Part shown: positions 25,776-35,175 of the stretch, in pieces | How the letters are laid out: the number at the start of each line of letters is the position of its first letter | Numbering within the stretch: position 1 is the first letter of the stretch | NCBI GenBank assembly: GCA_944375905.1 | Contig: CALWAS010000001.1 | Coordinates: 1,540 to 65,539 of the forward strand | Source: an uncultured Bacilli bacterium | GTDB lineage: Bacteria; Bacillota_I; Bacilli_A; RFN20; CAG-826 | DNA: 64,000 nucleotides | Direction: 5' to 3' | Notes under the pieces: generated by a model | Told to the model about the DNA's origin: nothing | The model's database searches: none | The model's input: only the letters and a program-made list of their open reading frames with translations | Translations under genes and position numbers: made by a program

Positions 25776-26682
25776 GCTTGGCTCCTTTCTTCCGGAAGGA
25801 TGGATCGAAGAAGACGGTCGAGAGGACGACGAGGAGGAAGATGAGAGTCGCGACCGCCCCGCTATAACCGTAGTTGCCGGTGATGAAGGCCTGCTGGTAG
25901 GCATAGACGATCACCGTCTCGATATGGGCCCCGGTCCCGACCGGGGAAATCGTCATGAGGTTCACGATGTCGAACTGCTTGAAGGTCGTGAAGAGAGTGA
26001 TGAGGACGGCCGGGGAGACGATCGGGACGATCGACGGAATGGCGACGAAAAGGTGCTTTTTTATCGCGTTGCAGCCATCTAGCTCCGCGCTTTCGAAGAG
26101 CTCCCGGTTAACGCTTTGGAGGGCCCCGTCGATGATCATGATCATGAACGGAAGGGCGAGCCAGAGGTTGACGACCGTGCAGGAAAGGAAGGCCATGATG
26201 TCGTTCGAGAGGAAATCGACATCGACCCCGAGAAGGGAAAAGATCTTGCTTAGATAGCCGAACTGCCCGTTGAACATCCCGTTTTTCCAAAGGAGGATGC
26301 TAACGTAGCCCGGCATCGCCCACGGGATCATGAGCAGCGCTTTGTAGAGTTTCCTCAGCCGGAGGTGCGGGGAGTTGAGAAGGACGGCGAGGACGTAGGC
26401 GATCACGAGCTGAAGGGCCATGTTCAGGGCCGTCCAGAGAATCGTTATCCCAAGGCTCCTCAGGAAGGATGCGCTTCCTAGCGAAAAGGCATCGAGGTAA
26501 TTGCCGAAGCCGATGAGCGAGTAGTCGTAGTAGTTGTAGATCCCCATGTTGGTGAAGGAGAGGTAGACGGTATGGCCGATGGGGAAAACGACGACGAGGA
26601 GAATCGTCAATAGGGATAGCGAGGCGAATAGCCACGGCCTCGCTTCCCGTTCAAAACGGCGGAAGCCTTCTTTCTTCTTCAT
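25762..26682 (-). CDS. ABC sugar permease (MalF-like)
   Basis: Multi-TM protein with the EAA loop ESAELDGCNAIKKHLFVAIPSIVP. Start MKKKEGF at 26682 overlaps the SBP stop in ATGA. Confidence 0.8.
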   Translation of the reverse strand: MKKKEGFRRFEREARPWLFASLSLLTILLVVVFPIGHTVYLSFTNMGIYNYYDYSLIGFGNYLDAFSLGSASFLRSLGITILWTALNMALQLVIAYVLAVLLNSPHLRLRKLYKALLMIPWAMPGYVSILLWKNGMFNGQFGYLSKIFSLLGVDVDFLSNDIMAFLSCTVVNLWLALPFMIMIIDGALQSVNRELFESAELDGCNAIKKHLFVAIPSIVPIVSPAVLITLFTTFKQFDIVNLMTISPVGTGAHIETVIVYAYQQAFITGNYGYSGAVATLIFLLVVLSTVFFDPSFRKKGAKHGSR

Positions 26683-27896
26683 TGCATCTGGGCGATGAGG
26701 CGCAGGGCCTCTTCCTGGTACTTGTCGGCCGTTTCCCGGACGCCGGCCCCGTTCATGTTGACGTCGGTAAGGAGATATCCGAGCTCGCTCCACATGATGT
26801 CCATCTCGGGACGGGAGGGCATCGGGATCGCCGTCGCGGCCTGCTCTTCGATGGCCTTGACGATGGCATTGTCCCGGACGCCGTCCACTTCGTAGGCATC
26901 TAGGAGCGCCGGGGCGCAGCCGCTAACGAGGGCGAGCTCGCCTTGGACCTCAGGGTCGACGAAGCATTCCATGACGGCCTTGATCCTGGCCCGCCGCTCG
27001 GGGTCGCGGCACTTGATCTTGAGGGCTTGGATGCCCTGGACGCCGCTATAGGGCGAAAGGGGTTTCCCGTTTGGCAGAGTCGGCATCGGGGCAACCCCGA
27101 TGTCGATTCCGGCCTCGAGGGCCGAGGGAATCATCCAGGGCCCGCCGATGACCATGTCGGCGCTCTCTTCGAGGAAGAGGGTATTTACCGTCGCGTAGTC
27201 GGCACTCGTCCGTGGCATGTAGTCGACGAATTTCCGGTGGTATTCGATCGAGTCCACCACCGCTTGGTCATTAAGCCCGGGCGTCCCGTCGTCATGGAGA
27301 ATCTTTCCGCCCCAGCCGTTGATCCAGGCCGAGGCGTAATAGGGAGTCGAGTGCTGCTCGACGAAGCCATAGCGGCGGCCGTCGGTATATTCCTTCATGT
27401 AGGAATAAAGCTCCTCGCTCGTCTTTGGAAGGGAAGGCAGGGATGGGTCTTTGTCCCCGACCAAATCGCGGTTATAGAGGAAAAGCGTCGTCTCGTAATA
27501 AAGAGGAACCCCGTAGTTGACCCCTTGGTATTCCATGGCGTCGAGGGCCAGCGGCACGCTTTCTTCATAGGAGGAGGGATCGACGAGTCCGTCCAATTGC
27601 TCGAGGATGCCGATCGTCGCGAAAAGCCCGATTTTGTCGTGGGCGAAAATGTACATGTCCGGGCAGCTAGAAGGGTCATTGCCGACGAGCTTAAGCTGAT
27701 CGGTCATCGAGTCGCGCTTGACGAACTCGACCTTCTCGCCCGGGAGCTTTTCCTCGATGGCCTTCCTTAGGACCTCGACGACGGCGTCGGTCTTGTCGTG
27801 CCAGATGACGAGGCTGCCCCCGTCGTCGCTACCGCAAGAGGAGAGGCCGGCAACCGCCAAGAGGCCGGCCATGGCAATGGCAACGTGCTTTTTCAT
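26679..27896 (-). CDS. maltodextrin/sugar ABC substrate-binding lipoprotein (MalE-like)
   Basis: MKKHVAIAMAGLLAVAGLSSC carries a lipobox, and SD GGAGGA is present. The body has solute-binding family 1 features (IWHDK..., GPWMIP). Confidence 0.85.
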   Translation of the reverse strand: MKKHVAIAMAGLLAVAGLSSCGSDDGGSLVIWHDKTDAVVEVLRKAIEEKLPGEKVEFVKRDSMTDQLKLVGNDPSSCPDMYIFAHDKIGLFATIGILEQLDGLVDPSSYEESVPLALDAMEYQGVNYGVPLYYETTLFLYNRDLVGDKDPSLPSLPKTSEELYSYMKEYTDGRRYGFVEQHSTPYYASAWINGWGGKILHDDGTPGLNDQAVVDSIEYHRKFVDYMPRTSADYATVNTLFLEESADMVIGGPWMIPSALEAGIDIGVAPMPTLPNGKPLSPYSGVQGIQALKIKCRDPERRARIKAVMECFVDPEVQGELALVSGCAPALLDAYEVDGVRDNAIVKAIEEQAATAIPMPSRPEMDIMWSELGYLLTDVNMNGAGVRETADKYQEEALRLIAQMQ

Positions 27897-27944
27897 GGGA
27901 TTCCTCCAAAAGAAGAAGGGGGCCCGAAGGCCCCCGTCGATCGG

Positions 27945-29174
27945 CTAGGCTTCGTAGGAGATGGTGAGGATGTACTTCCCGTTCGCGTCTTTCTCGTCGG
28001 TGACGGTCGCGTAGACGGTGTCCTTGCTCGTGTCGATGTTCTCGGCGAGATCGGCTGTCTGGAGGCGGTCCTCTTTTTTGTCGCTATTCGGGTCGTCGAT
28101 CGAGATGATGATCTGATCGCAGGTCGTCGAGACGTCGTAGGCGAACTTGCCGTCGCTTACTTTCTCGAGGGCTTCGCCCGGCCAAGCGGAGAACATCCCG
28201 ACCCCGCTTGCCTTATTCCATGCCCAGAGGTAGGGCTCGGTCCAGGCCGCGGGGACGCTTACCTCGAGGCGGTAGGTATCGCTCGGTGGAAGCGGCTTTG
28301 TGTCGTAAGCCACGATGCCAGCTTCGTTCTTGCCGTCGATGAGGTATTCTCCGACATCGGCGAACCAAGCCGAATTGCCGTTGTTCTTGCGCAACGCGAA
28401 GTTAACGGAGGTCCGGCTTCCGCCGTCGGTGACGTAATAGGAGACGTAGTCGCTATTGGCAAAGCCCATGAACCGGTAGCCGTCGCTATCGAGCTCGGTC
28501 GGGATGAGAGTTGCCTTGCCTTTCCCGTCGACGCCATAGACATTGGCCGTCCGCCAGGCGTTCGGGACATGGACCCCGAAATAGGCCTCGCTAACGTAGG
28601 CCTTGGCAGCCGGGGCTCCGGCCGGGGCTTCGTATAGGGCCGTCAGGTTATATGCGTCGCGGCTCGTGCCGTCCTCGTTTTGGGCCGTGCCCTTGCTCAC
28701 TCCGTCGAACCAAACGTCCTTTCCTTCGATGGTAAGGCCTTCCGACTGGATGGCATTGTCCTTGCCTTGATTCGCGGCGATGATCACCATGTCGACCCGG
28801 GTCGGGACGGCAAGCTGATACCAGCCATCGGCCGCCTCTTCCATGAGGCGTCCGGGCCAAGCCATGCCGGGGAAGGCATTGGCCCCGCCTTCGTTGGTCC
28901 AGGCCCAGAGATAGGGATCATCCCAGCCTTCGGGGGCCTTGAAGGAAATCGAGTATCCGCTCGTGTCCGGTTCCTTCTCGAGATCCTCGAAGGTCGGATA
29001 GACGGTCGGCTCGCCGTGCTGCTCAGACGAGGCAGGAAGAGAAGAAGACGATGTAGAAGTTTCTTCCGACGTCTTTTCGGAAGAGGCGCTGGATGAAGAG
29101 TTCTCGGTCGGTCCGCAGGCAGCCAAAATCAAAAGGGCCGCGGTACCGAGAACAGGAAGCAAAGACTTTTTCAT
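27945..29174 (-). CDS. surface lipoprotein with two putative starch-binding (CBM25/26-like) modules
   Basis: MKKSLLPVLGTAALLILAAC carries a lipobox, with a strong SD AGGAGGA before ATG 29174. Two copies of the motif are present: YLWAWTNEGGANAFPGMAWPGRLMEE..DGWYQ and YLWAWNKASGVGMFSAWPGEALEKVSDGKF. Confidence 0.6.
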   Translation of the reverse strand: MKKSLLPVLGTAALLILAACGPTENSSSSASSEKTSEETSTSSSSLPASSEQHGEPTVYPTFEDLEKEPDTSGYSISFKAPEGWDDPYLWAWTNEGGANAFPGMAWPGRLMEEAADGWYQLAVPTRVDMVIIAANQGKDNAIQSEGLTIEGKDVWFDGVSKGTAQNEDGTSRDAYNLTALYEAPAGAPAAKAYVSEAYFGVHVPNAWRTANVYGVDGKGKATLIPTELDSDGYRFMGFANSDYVSYYVTDGGSRTSVNFALRKNNGNSAWFADVGEYLIDGKNEAGIVAYDTKPLPPSDTYRLEVSVPAAWTEPYLWAWNKASGVGMFSAWPGEALEKVSDGKFAYDVSTTCDQIIISIDDPNSDKKEDRLQTADLAENIDTSKDTVYATVTDEKDANGKYILTISYEA

Positions 29175-29239
29175 TTTGGTCCTCCTAATGTTCCTGATGT
29201 CATTATCGGGAACGCTTTTCAGGTTTTCACACATAAAAT

Positions 29240-29253
29240 TGAAAGCGGTTACA
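29240..29253. promoter_or_regulatory. cre (CcpA) box, perfect match to TGWAANCGNTNWCA
   Basis: TGAAAGCGGTTACA lies 66 bp upstream of the first gene of the maltodextrin operon. Confidence 0.6.
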
Positions 29254-29290
29254 ATATGGGTTTACTTCGATGGGAACTGGTTATTTTCTT

Positions 29291-29303
29291 TGTAACGCTT
29301 ACA
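29291..29303. promoter_or_regulatory. palindromic operator candidate (LacI-family half sites TGTAA/TTACA)
   Basis: TGTAACGCTTACA lies upstream of the same operon. It is a candidate site for the LacI regulator encoded at 22193..23197. Confidence 0.35.
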
Positions 29304-29439
29304 AGGAAAATCGACTTTCGGAAAAACGGCTGACCCTAGGATAAAGAAAAAAGGAGGGGCTTAGAAGTGGCCCATCGCCCCTTTCCCTTTACCCTTTTGG
29401 GAATTTATGAAGGCAGCCGCGATATGGGATGGCCGTCTA

Positions 29440-30132
29440 TTAAGCGCGATTCCCCTTCTTCGCTAGGAAGACGAGCTCATCTATGGTCGTTTTTACCTCG
29501 TTGAGCTTCTTAAGCGGATAGACGCTAAATCGTCCCCTGTCGGTGACGACGGTAAGCCGTCCAGACGACCAGTTCCCATGGGTTCTTATATCGACCCCAA
29601 GGATGTCGGAATAGCTGATTTCCTTCTTACCGCGGATGGTATGGAGCAACAGGCCTTCCCCACTGTATTTAACGAGGATCCTTCCTGTCGGAAAAAGCGA
29701 CTGGACGAGAAGATAGGAGATCATCAAAACGAGAACGGCGAAGAAGGCGATGTAAAGAACCTTGGAGTAGATGGGTCCCTCTCTGTCCTCGATTAGCAAA
29801 ACGGCAAATACGGCGATAACCAAGACGATCATCAACGAATAGATGACGGCAAAGCCGAAGTGCCGGTAGCCCAACGGCTTGTAGCTTTCTCCCCCGCCCT
29901 TCTTCTCTTCCCCAACCTCAAGAAGGGAATCGAGGCTCTCGCCCATTTCCTTCGCGAGGAGCCTCAGCACGTCGATCGAGGGAAAGCTCTTCCCGGTCTC
30001 GTATTTGCTAATCGCCTGGCGGGTTACGAAAAGGCGGCGGGCCAGCTCTTCCTGGCTCATCTTCCTTTCTTCCCGGAACGACCTGATCTTCTCTCCGATT
30101 TCCATGCCCCTATTTTCTTTCATAAGAGCCAT
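29440..30132 (-). CDS. XRE-family HTH protein with two TM helices and a C-terminal beta-rich domain
   Basis: HTH IRSFREERKMSQEELARRLFVTRQAISKYETGKSFPSIDVL, then FGFAVIYSLMIVLVIAVFAVLLI and VLYIAFFAVLVLMISYLLV. The start is uncertain among M1, M4 and M10. Confidence 0.75.
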   Translation of the reverse strand: MALMKENRGMEIGEKIRSFREERKMSQEELARRLFVTRQAISKYETGKSFPSIDVLRLLAKEMGESLDSLLEVGEEKKGGGESYKPLGYRHFGFAVIYSLMIVLVIAVFAVLLIEDREGPIYSKVLYIAFFAVLVLMISYLLVQSLFPTGRILVKYSGEGLLLHTIRGKKEISYSDILGVDIRTHGNWSSGRLTVVTDRGRFSVYPLKKLNEVKTTIDELVFLAKKGNRA

Positions 30133-30217
30133 CTAAGTCACGCGACGCGCGGTTGCGAAGGGCAAAAGAAAGGCCTTTTGGGAGGGAAATCGTCCGCAAA
30201 AGGACCTTATTTTGCTT

Positions 30218-30415
30218 TTAACCATCTATTTCCTTTAGGAAAGAAACTGCTTCATCGAACCAGCCTTCGGCCCCGTCGCGGCCGAGGGAGCCGCCGTGGC
30301 GGCAGCCATGGAAAGGATGGTAAACGTGCCGCACGTGGGCCTTCGAGAGCGCCTCGTCGAGCATCCGCGAATTGATGGGGTCGACGACCGGGTCGGAAGC
30401 CTTGAGTTCGAGCAT
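30218..30415 (-). pseudogene. C-terminal remnant of an alpha/beta-hydrolase (dienelactone hydrolase / peptidase S9-like)
   Basis: The 65 aa end in ...HVYHPFHGCRHGG...GWFDEAVSFLKE, which resembles only the last strand/helix of such enzymes. There is an in-frame stop 5 codons upstream and no usable SD spacing. Confidence 0.3.
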
Positions 30416-30419
30416 ATCC

Positions 30420-30602
30420 TCACTTGTCTAGGAGCGAGGAGAGAAAATCCCCCTGCCCGACATAGCGGCCCAATTCGTCGTAGGTCGAGCCATTTTGGTA
30501 GGAGCCCTTGTAGCGTCCGAGCGAATCGTAGATCTTCCGTCCGGACGCGTCTTCGTCGACCCGTCCTTTGAGGCGGCCTAGATTGTCATAGAGAAAAGGC
30601 AT
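30420..30602 (-). CDS. 60 aa protein made of three YD-repeat-like units
   Basis: A strong SD AGGAGGA lies 8 nt upstream of the ATG. Units are YDNLGRLKG / YDSLGRYKG / YDELGRYVG. Confidence 0.6.
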   Translation of the reverse strand: MPFLYDNLGRLKGRVDEDASGRKIYDSLGRYKGSYQNGSTYDELGRYVGQGDFLSSLLDK

Positions 30603-30667
30603 GCGTTTTTTCCTCCTACCACTACTTTAGCAAGAGGCGGCCTTTTGTAAACGCCGCATTAGCCTTC

Positions 30668-33214
30668 TCATTCCGCCATGAACTCATGGCGTCCGGGCCC
30701 GATTTCCTCGGCCTCCCGTCCGGGAAGGAGGAGTTCGGCCGTGCAGTTGGCCGGTATCTCGACCTGGTAAATCGTCTTCCCTCCCTCTTTCTTCCAATAG
30801 GAGCGTACTTCCCCATAGGCGCTTAGATAGCTGGCCCTGGCCTCGCTAAGGTGTCCGCCGGGCAACGGGGCGAGGCGGAAGCGGCGTTCCCCCGCCACTT
30901 CGATCCCGGCGACCCGACGGAAGAGGAATTCGCACATCGCGCCCTTCGAATAGTGATCGAGGGAGGCAACCCCTTTGCTCGCCTTCGTCCCTTCCCAGCT
31001 TTCCCAGATCGTCGTCGATCCTTCTTTGGCCATCGCGAGCCAGCCGGGAATCTCCTCGTTTTCGAGGAGACGATAGGCCGCCTCCACGTCGATGGAGGCA
31101 AGGACATCGAGGATGAAGGGGGTCGAAAGGAAGCCCGTACCGATCCGCCAGGAATAGTTTTCCATGGCTTCGATGAGCCTTTTGCGGGCGAATTCGGCCT
31201 GCTCAGGCTTTAAAAGGCGGAACTTGAGAGGACGGACGAGCTTGGCCTGACGGTCGGTGTCGAGAGAATGCTTCGTGCTTTCGACCAGCTTCTGGTAGCC
31301 GATCCGGGCTTTGTTGGCGATGGAGCGGAAATAGCGGGCGTCGGTTGCCTTGCCGAGCTTAAGGGCAATTTCCTCCATCGTCTCGAGCACGTAAACGAGA
31401 TAGGCCGTCGTCTCCTCGGGATGGGGAGCGATGAAATCCTTTATCTCGAAAGGATGTACGTCGTTAGGCTCGGCCCACTCGCCATAGGACTGGCCGTAGT
31501 TGGAAATCCATTTCCGGTATTTCCCTTCGATTCCGGTCGGGAGCGAGGTGAGGTAGCGTTTACCTAGGGTCGAGCATTTGAAGAGGGCATAACGCCGCAT
31601 CGCGTCGTAGTTCTTAATGAGGATCCGCTCGTCCCCGTACATCCGGTAAAGGCGATAGGGAATGAGGACCCCGGCGTCGCTCCAGCCGGCCGACCCGTCC
31701 ATCGGGGCCATGTAGAAATCGGTTCCGCCCTTGGGCGAAATCTGGCGGAAGCACCCGTTTTTCTTCTGTTCGTCGACGAGGTCGCGGACGTATTTGCGGG
31801 CAAAGGGGAGGTAATTGAAGAAATAGGAAGCCGTGACGGCGAAGATCTGGGCGTCGCCGCTCCAGCCATGGCGCTCCCTCGTCGGGCAATCGGTCGGGAC
31901 GTCGCACTGGTTGTTGCGGGCCGACCACCGCGTCATCTCGACGAAGCGGTCGAGAAGGGGATTAGACGAGGCGAAGGAAGCCGTCTCCTCGAGGTCGCTA
32001 TGGACGGCGATGGCCGTGAAGCCGTCGACCTTCCAATCCGCGTTTCCCTCGACGAGCATGTAACGGAAGCCGAAAATGGCGAATTTGGTTTTGTAATGGC
32101 TCTTTCCTTTCCCGAAGACGATGTCTATTTCCTGGCGGGGCGTCGCCTTCTTCTTGCTCACGCACTGGATGTTGCTTTGGGTGAACTCGCCGTCGCTGCC
32201 TAGCATCTCGCCAAAGCGGAGGATGAGCCTATCCCCGTCCTTCGCCTCCCCTTCGAAGGAAACGTAGCCAGCGATGTTCTGGCCGAAGTCGACGATCTTC
32301 TTGCCGCTCGGGGAAACGATGAGCTTGCCCTTGAAGGTCTCCTTTTCACGGACCTCGACATTGTCGGAAGGGGTCGGGAAAAGCTTTTCCCTCGCCGCCC
32401 TTGCCTTGCCCCGATAGCTCGGGACGAGGCGGAGATCGACGATTTCCCCGTCTTTGTTGTCGGCAAAGCGGATGGGCCCGTCGTTGCTCCAATCCCAGCT
32501 CGGGTCGCTTTTGACGATATGGCGCCTGCCGTCATCTTCCTCGATTTCGAGCTGGGCGATGAGCTTGGTCGCCTTTCCGTATTGATAGGTCAGCCCCCAA
32601 GCCCCGACCGATCCGCGGTAATAGCCGTCCGCGAGCTCCACCTCGATCTTGTTTTCCCCTTCGCTTAGAAGGGAAGTGACGTCGTAAGCTTGCTCTTGGA
32701 TGCGCTTATCGTAATCGGTGTGCCCCGGGGCCAAGACGAATTTCCCGACCCGACGGCCGTTGATCTTGGCCTCATAGAGGCCGCAGGCGGAAATGTAGAG
32801 CCGGGCCTTTTTGACCTTGCCGCTCGAAAAGGCCTTTCGGAAGCAATCGACCGGGTAGCGCTTTTTCTTGCTCGGGAGATAGTCGCCGCTGATCCAGGAA
32901 GCTTCCCAGTCCTTTCGCTCGAGAAGCCCCATCTCGAAGGAGGACGAGGAGGCTTCTCCTTTCCTGCCGGCTTCGTCGTAGGGAACGATGCTCCACTCCA
33001 CCACGTCCCTCGAGGCAAGCTCGAAGGGCAAGTCGAAATGCATGTCGGGACTTTCGACCTTCGCCTCGTAGGCGTTCTTGCCATTGACCTTGACGTTTAT
33101 CTCGAAGGCCGTCTGGGAAATTCCGTCGACGAGGTTCCAGCTGAGCCGGGGCTTCCTTTCCCCAAGCCCGAGGGGCGAGGCGAGCCCCTCGACCAATAAG
33201 CGGACGGCTTTCAT
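30668..33214 (-). CDS. alpha-L-rhamnosidase (GH78)
   Basis: 848 aa. The N-terminus [31 protein letters not shown] is typical of the Bac_rhamnosid N-domain. Catalytic (alpha/alpha)6 region motifs [13 protein letters not shown] are present. The start overlaps the transporter stop in ATGA. Confidence 0.85.
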   Translation of the reverse strand: MKAVRLLVEGLASPLGLGERKPRLSWNLVDGISQTAFEINVKVNGKNAYEAKVESPDMHFDLPFELASRDVVEWSIVPYDEAGRKGEASSSSFEMGLLERKDWEASWISGDYLPSKKKRYPVDCFRKAFSSGKVKKARLYISACGLYEAKINGRRVGKFVLAPGHTDYDKRIQEQAYDVTSLLSEGENKIEVELADGYYRGSVGAWGLTYQYGKATKLIAQLEIEEDDGRRHIVKSDPSWDWSNDGPIRFADNKDGEIVDLRLVPSYRGKARAAREKLFPTPSDNVEVREKETFKGKLIVSPSGKKIVDFGQNIAGYVSFEGEAKDGDRLILRFGEMLGSDGEFTQSNIQCVSKKKATPRQEIDIVFGKGKSHYKTKFAIFGFRYMLVEGNADWKVDGFTAIAVHSDLEETASFASSNPLLDRFVEMTRWSARNNQCDVPTDCPTRERHGWSGDAQIFAVTASYFFNYLPFARKYVRDLVDEQKKNGCFRQISPKGGTDFYMAPMDGSAGWSDAGVLIPYRLYRMYGDERILIKNYDAMRRYALFKCSTLGKRYLTSLPTGIEGKYRKWISNYGQSYGEWAEPNDVHPFEIKDFIAPHPEETTAYLVYVLETMEEIALKLGKATDARYFRSIANKARIGYQKLVESTKHSLDTDRQAKLVRPLKFRLLKPEQAEFARKRLIEAMENYSWRIGTGFLSTPFILDVLASIDVEAAYRLLENEEIPGWLAMAKEGSTTIWESWEGTKASKGVASLDHYSKGAMCEFLFRRVAGIEVAGERRFRLAPLPGGHLSEARASYLSAYGEVRSYWKKEGGKTIYQVEIPANCTAELLLPGREAEEIGPGRHEFMAE

Positions 33215-35163
33215 TTCCCTTCCCCCTTCGCGTCATATGAAGCAAGTTCTTCCTTCATCTTCCGATAGTTCTTCTCCCCCGCCTCTTCTTCCTTTTTCCA
33301 GCGGGCGGCATCGCGAAGCTTCCTTTCCTCCATCCGCCTTTCGTAAGCTTCCCTCTTCTCAGGCGGCATGGCCTCGAGTTTCCTTTCCTTCTTCGCCTTG
33401 GCCTTTTCCTCCTTGAGGGCCGCCTTTCGCTCGGCATTTTCCTCGCTTAGCTTGGCCTTGGCCCGCTTTTCCTCTTGGAGGACGAGGTGCCGGTTCAGCT
33501 CCTCATCGTCATCGAGGCCCCTCTTGAGGCATTTTTCCCGAAGCTCGGACTCGTAGGCTTCCTCGGCCTCTTTGTCGGCGCGTTCCTGCTCGAGCTCGAC
33601 CCTCGTTTCCGGCTCGATCCATTCCTTTCCTTCCGCGAGGCATTCCTTTTCCATCCGGAGGCGGATGGCGGCTTGCTTATAGGGAAGCGTCTTCTCGACG
33701 TTGACCCCCATGAGCATGAGGGCATAGACGATGCCGCCGATCGTCTCGATACCGACGAAGAAGAGGACGAGGGTGGTTATGACCGACGACGGCTGGTTGT
33801 AGATGACCGAATAGGTCCCGTCGCTATTGGCGATGACCTTCTGGAGGGCGGAGGTGAGGTCCGGGGCCTCGCTTGCCGTCTCCGGGGCGAGATAGCCCGA
33901 GGCGGAGAGCCCGCCGTTGAAGATGCCGGTGCAGATGCCGGCCGCCGCGGTCGTGATGACCGAATAGGCGCTCATCGCGATCCCGTCGGAACGGAAGCCG
34001 TTCTTCCACTCGAGGTGGTCGAGGGTATCCGAGAAGAGGGCCATGAAGACATAGGCGCAGGGAAGGCCGCCGATGTTCTTCACGAACTGCCCGACGAGGA
34101 AGAGGGGCAGATTGGTCGGGAAGAGCCAGCAGATGGCCCCGCCGAGGGCATAGATGAAGAAGCCGGCGACGGTGACGTTCTTCTTGCCGAATTTCTTCGC
34201 GAGCGGCCAGACGGCGAAGATGCCGATTCCCATCGGGATGCCCCCGAGGACGGAAACCATCGTCTGGGTTATGCCGTCGTTATAGGTGCCGAGGACGTAG
34301 TTGCAATAATAGGGAAGGGCGATGTTCTTGATTTGGGAAGTGACCGTAAAGAGGAGGAAATAGGCGAGGAGGACGAGCATGTAGCGGTCGCTGAAAACGG
34401 CCTTCAATTGAAGGCGGAGCGGGATCTTCTTCTCGATCGTCCCCGCGCTTTCGGCGGTAACGCGTTCCTTCGTGAAGAAATACTCGAGGAGAATGAGGGG
34501 GAGGGAAATGGCGCTCAAGGCCGCCATCGCCCCGATCCATAGTCCCTTGGAAGTGCCAAGGCTCGGGATGATGAGCATCGGGAAGATGAGGGCCACGACG
34601 ATGCCGCTCATCATGACGGAGGCGACGTTGTTGAAGACGGCGAGGACCCCGCGCTGCGAGGAGTTGCGGGTTGAGAGGGGAACCATGAGGTTGTGCGACA
34701 TGTTGTACATGGTGTAGGCAACCGAGTAGTACAGGTTGTAGGAAACCACGACCCAGATGACGGTCGCCACTTCGTTCATCTCGGGGATGAGGAAGAGAAC
34801 GATGCCGCTTATCGCTACGAGGGGAGCCGAAAGCAGTAGCCACGGCCTTGCCTTCCCCTGCTTCGTCCGCGTCCGGTCGATGATGGCCCCCATCACCACG
34901 TTCGTGATGGCGTCGACGATCTTCGAGAAAATCGGGAAGAGGACGAGGAAGAGCCCGCCCCAAACCATCCCGAGGCCGAGGACATCGGTGTAGTAGACAT
35001 TGAGGTAGGTGCCCATGACGGCATTGAAGAGAAGGGCTCCGCAGGGACCTAGCAGGTAGCCGAGCCACATTTCCTTCTTGCCGACGTTGCGGCTGCGAAG
35101 CCGGCTGTTGAAGATGGGAAGCCCCAGTACTTCCTTTCTTTCCTTTGATTTGCTTAAGGACAT
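33211..35163 (-). CDS. GPH-family (MelB-like) glycoside:cation symporter with a roughly 160 aa Lys/Glu-rich C-terminal tail
   Basis: About 12 TM segments with the GPH motif [18 protein letters not shown]. The tail runs from ...[10 protein letters not shown] to the end and is highly charged ([32 protein letters not shown]...). Confidence 0.8.
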   Translation of the reverse strand: MSLSKSKERKEVLGLPIFNSRLRSRNVGKKEMWLGYLLGPCGALLFNAVMGTYLNVYYTDVLGLGMVWGGLFLVLFPIFSKIVDAITNVVMGAIIDRTRTKQGKARPWLLLSAPLVAISGIVLFLIPEMNEVATVIWVVVSYNLYYSVAYTMYNMSHNLMVPLSTRNSSQRGVLAVFNNVASVMMSGIVVALIFPMLIIPSLGTSKGLWIGAMAALSAISLPLILLEYFFTKERVTAESAGTIEKKIPLRLQLKAVFSDRYMLVLLAYFLLFTVTSQIKNIALPYYCNYVLGTYNDGITQTMVSVLGGIPMGIGIFAVWPLAKKFGKKNVTVAGFFIYALGGAICWLFPTNLPLFLVGQFVKNIGGLPCAYVFMALFSDTLDHLEWKNGFRSDGIAMSAYSVITTAAAGICTGIFNGGLSASGYLAPETASEAPDLTSALQKVIANSDGTYSVIYNQPSSVITTLVLFFVGIETIGGIVYALMLMGVNVEKTLPYKQAAIRLRMEKECLAEGKEWIEPETRVELEQERADKEAEEAYESELREKCLKRGLDDDEELNRHLVLQEEKRAKAKLSEENAERKAALKEEKAKAKKERKLEAMPPEKREAYERRMEERKLRDAARWKKEEEAGEKNYRKMKEELASYDAKGEGK

Positions 35164-35175
35164 GATTGACCTCCT

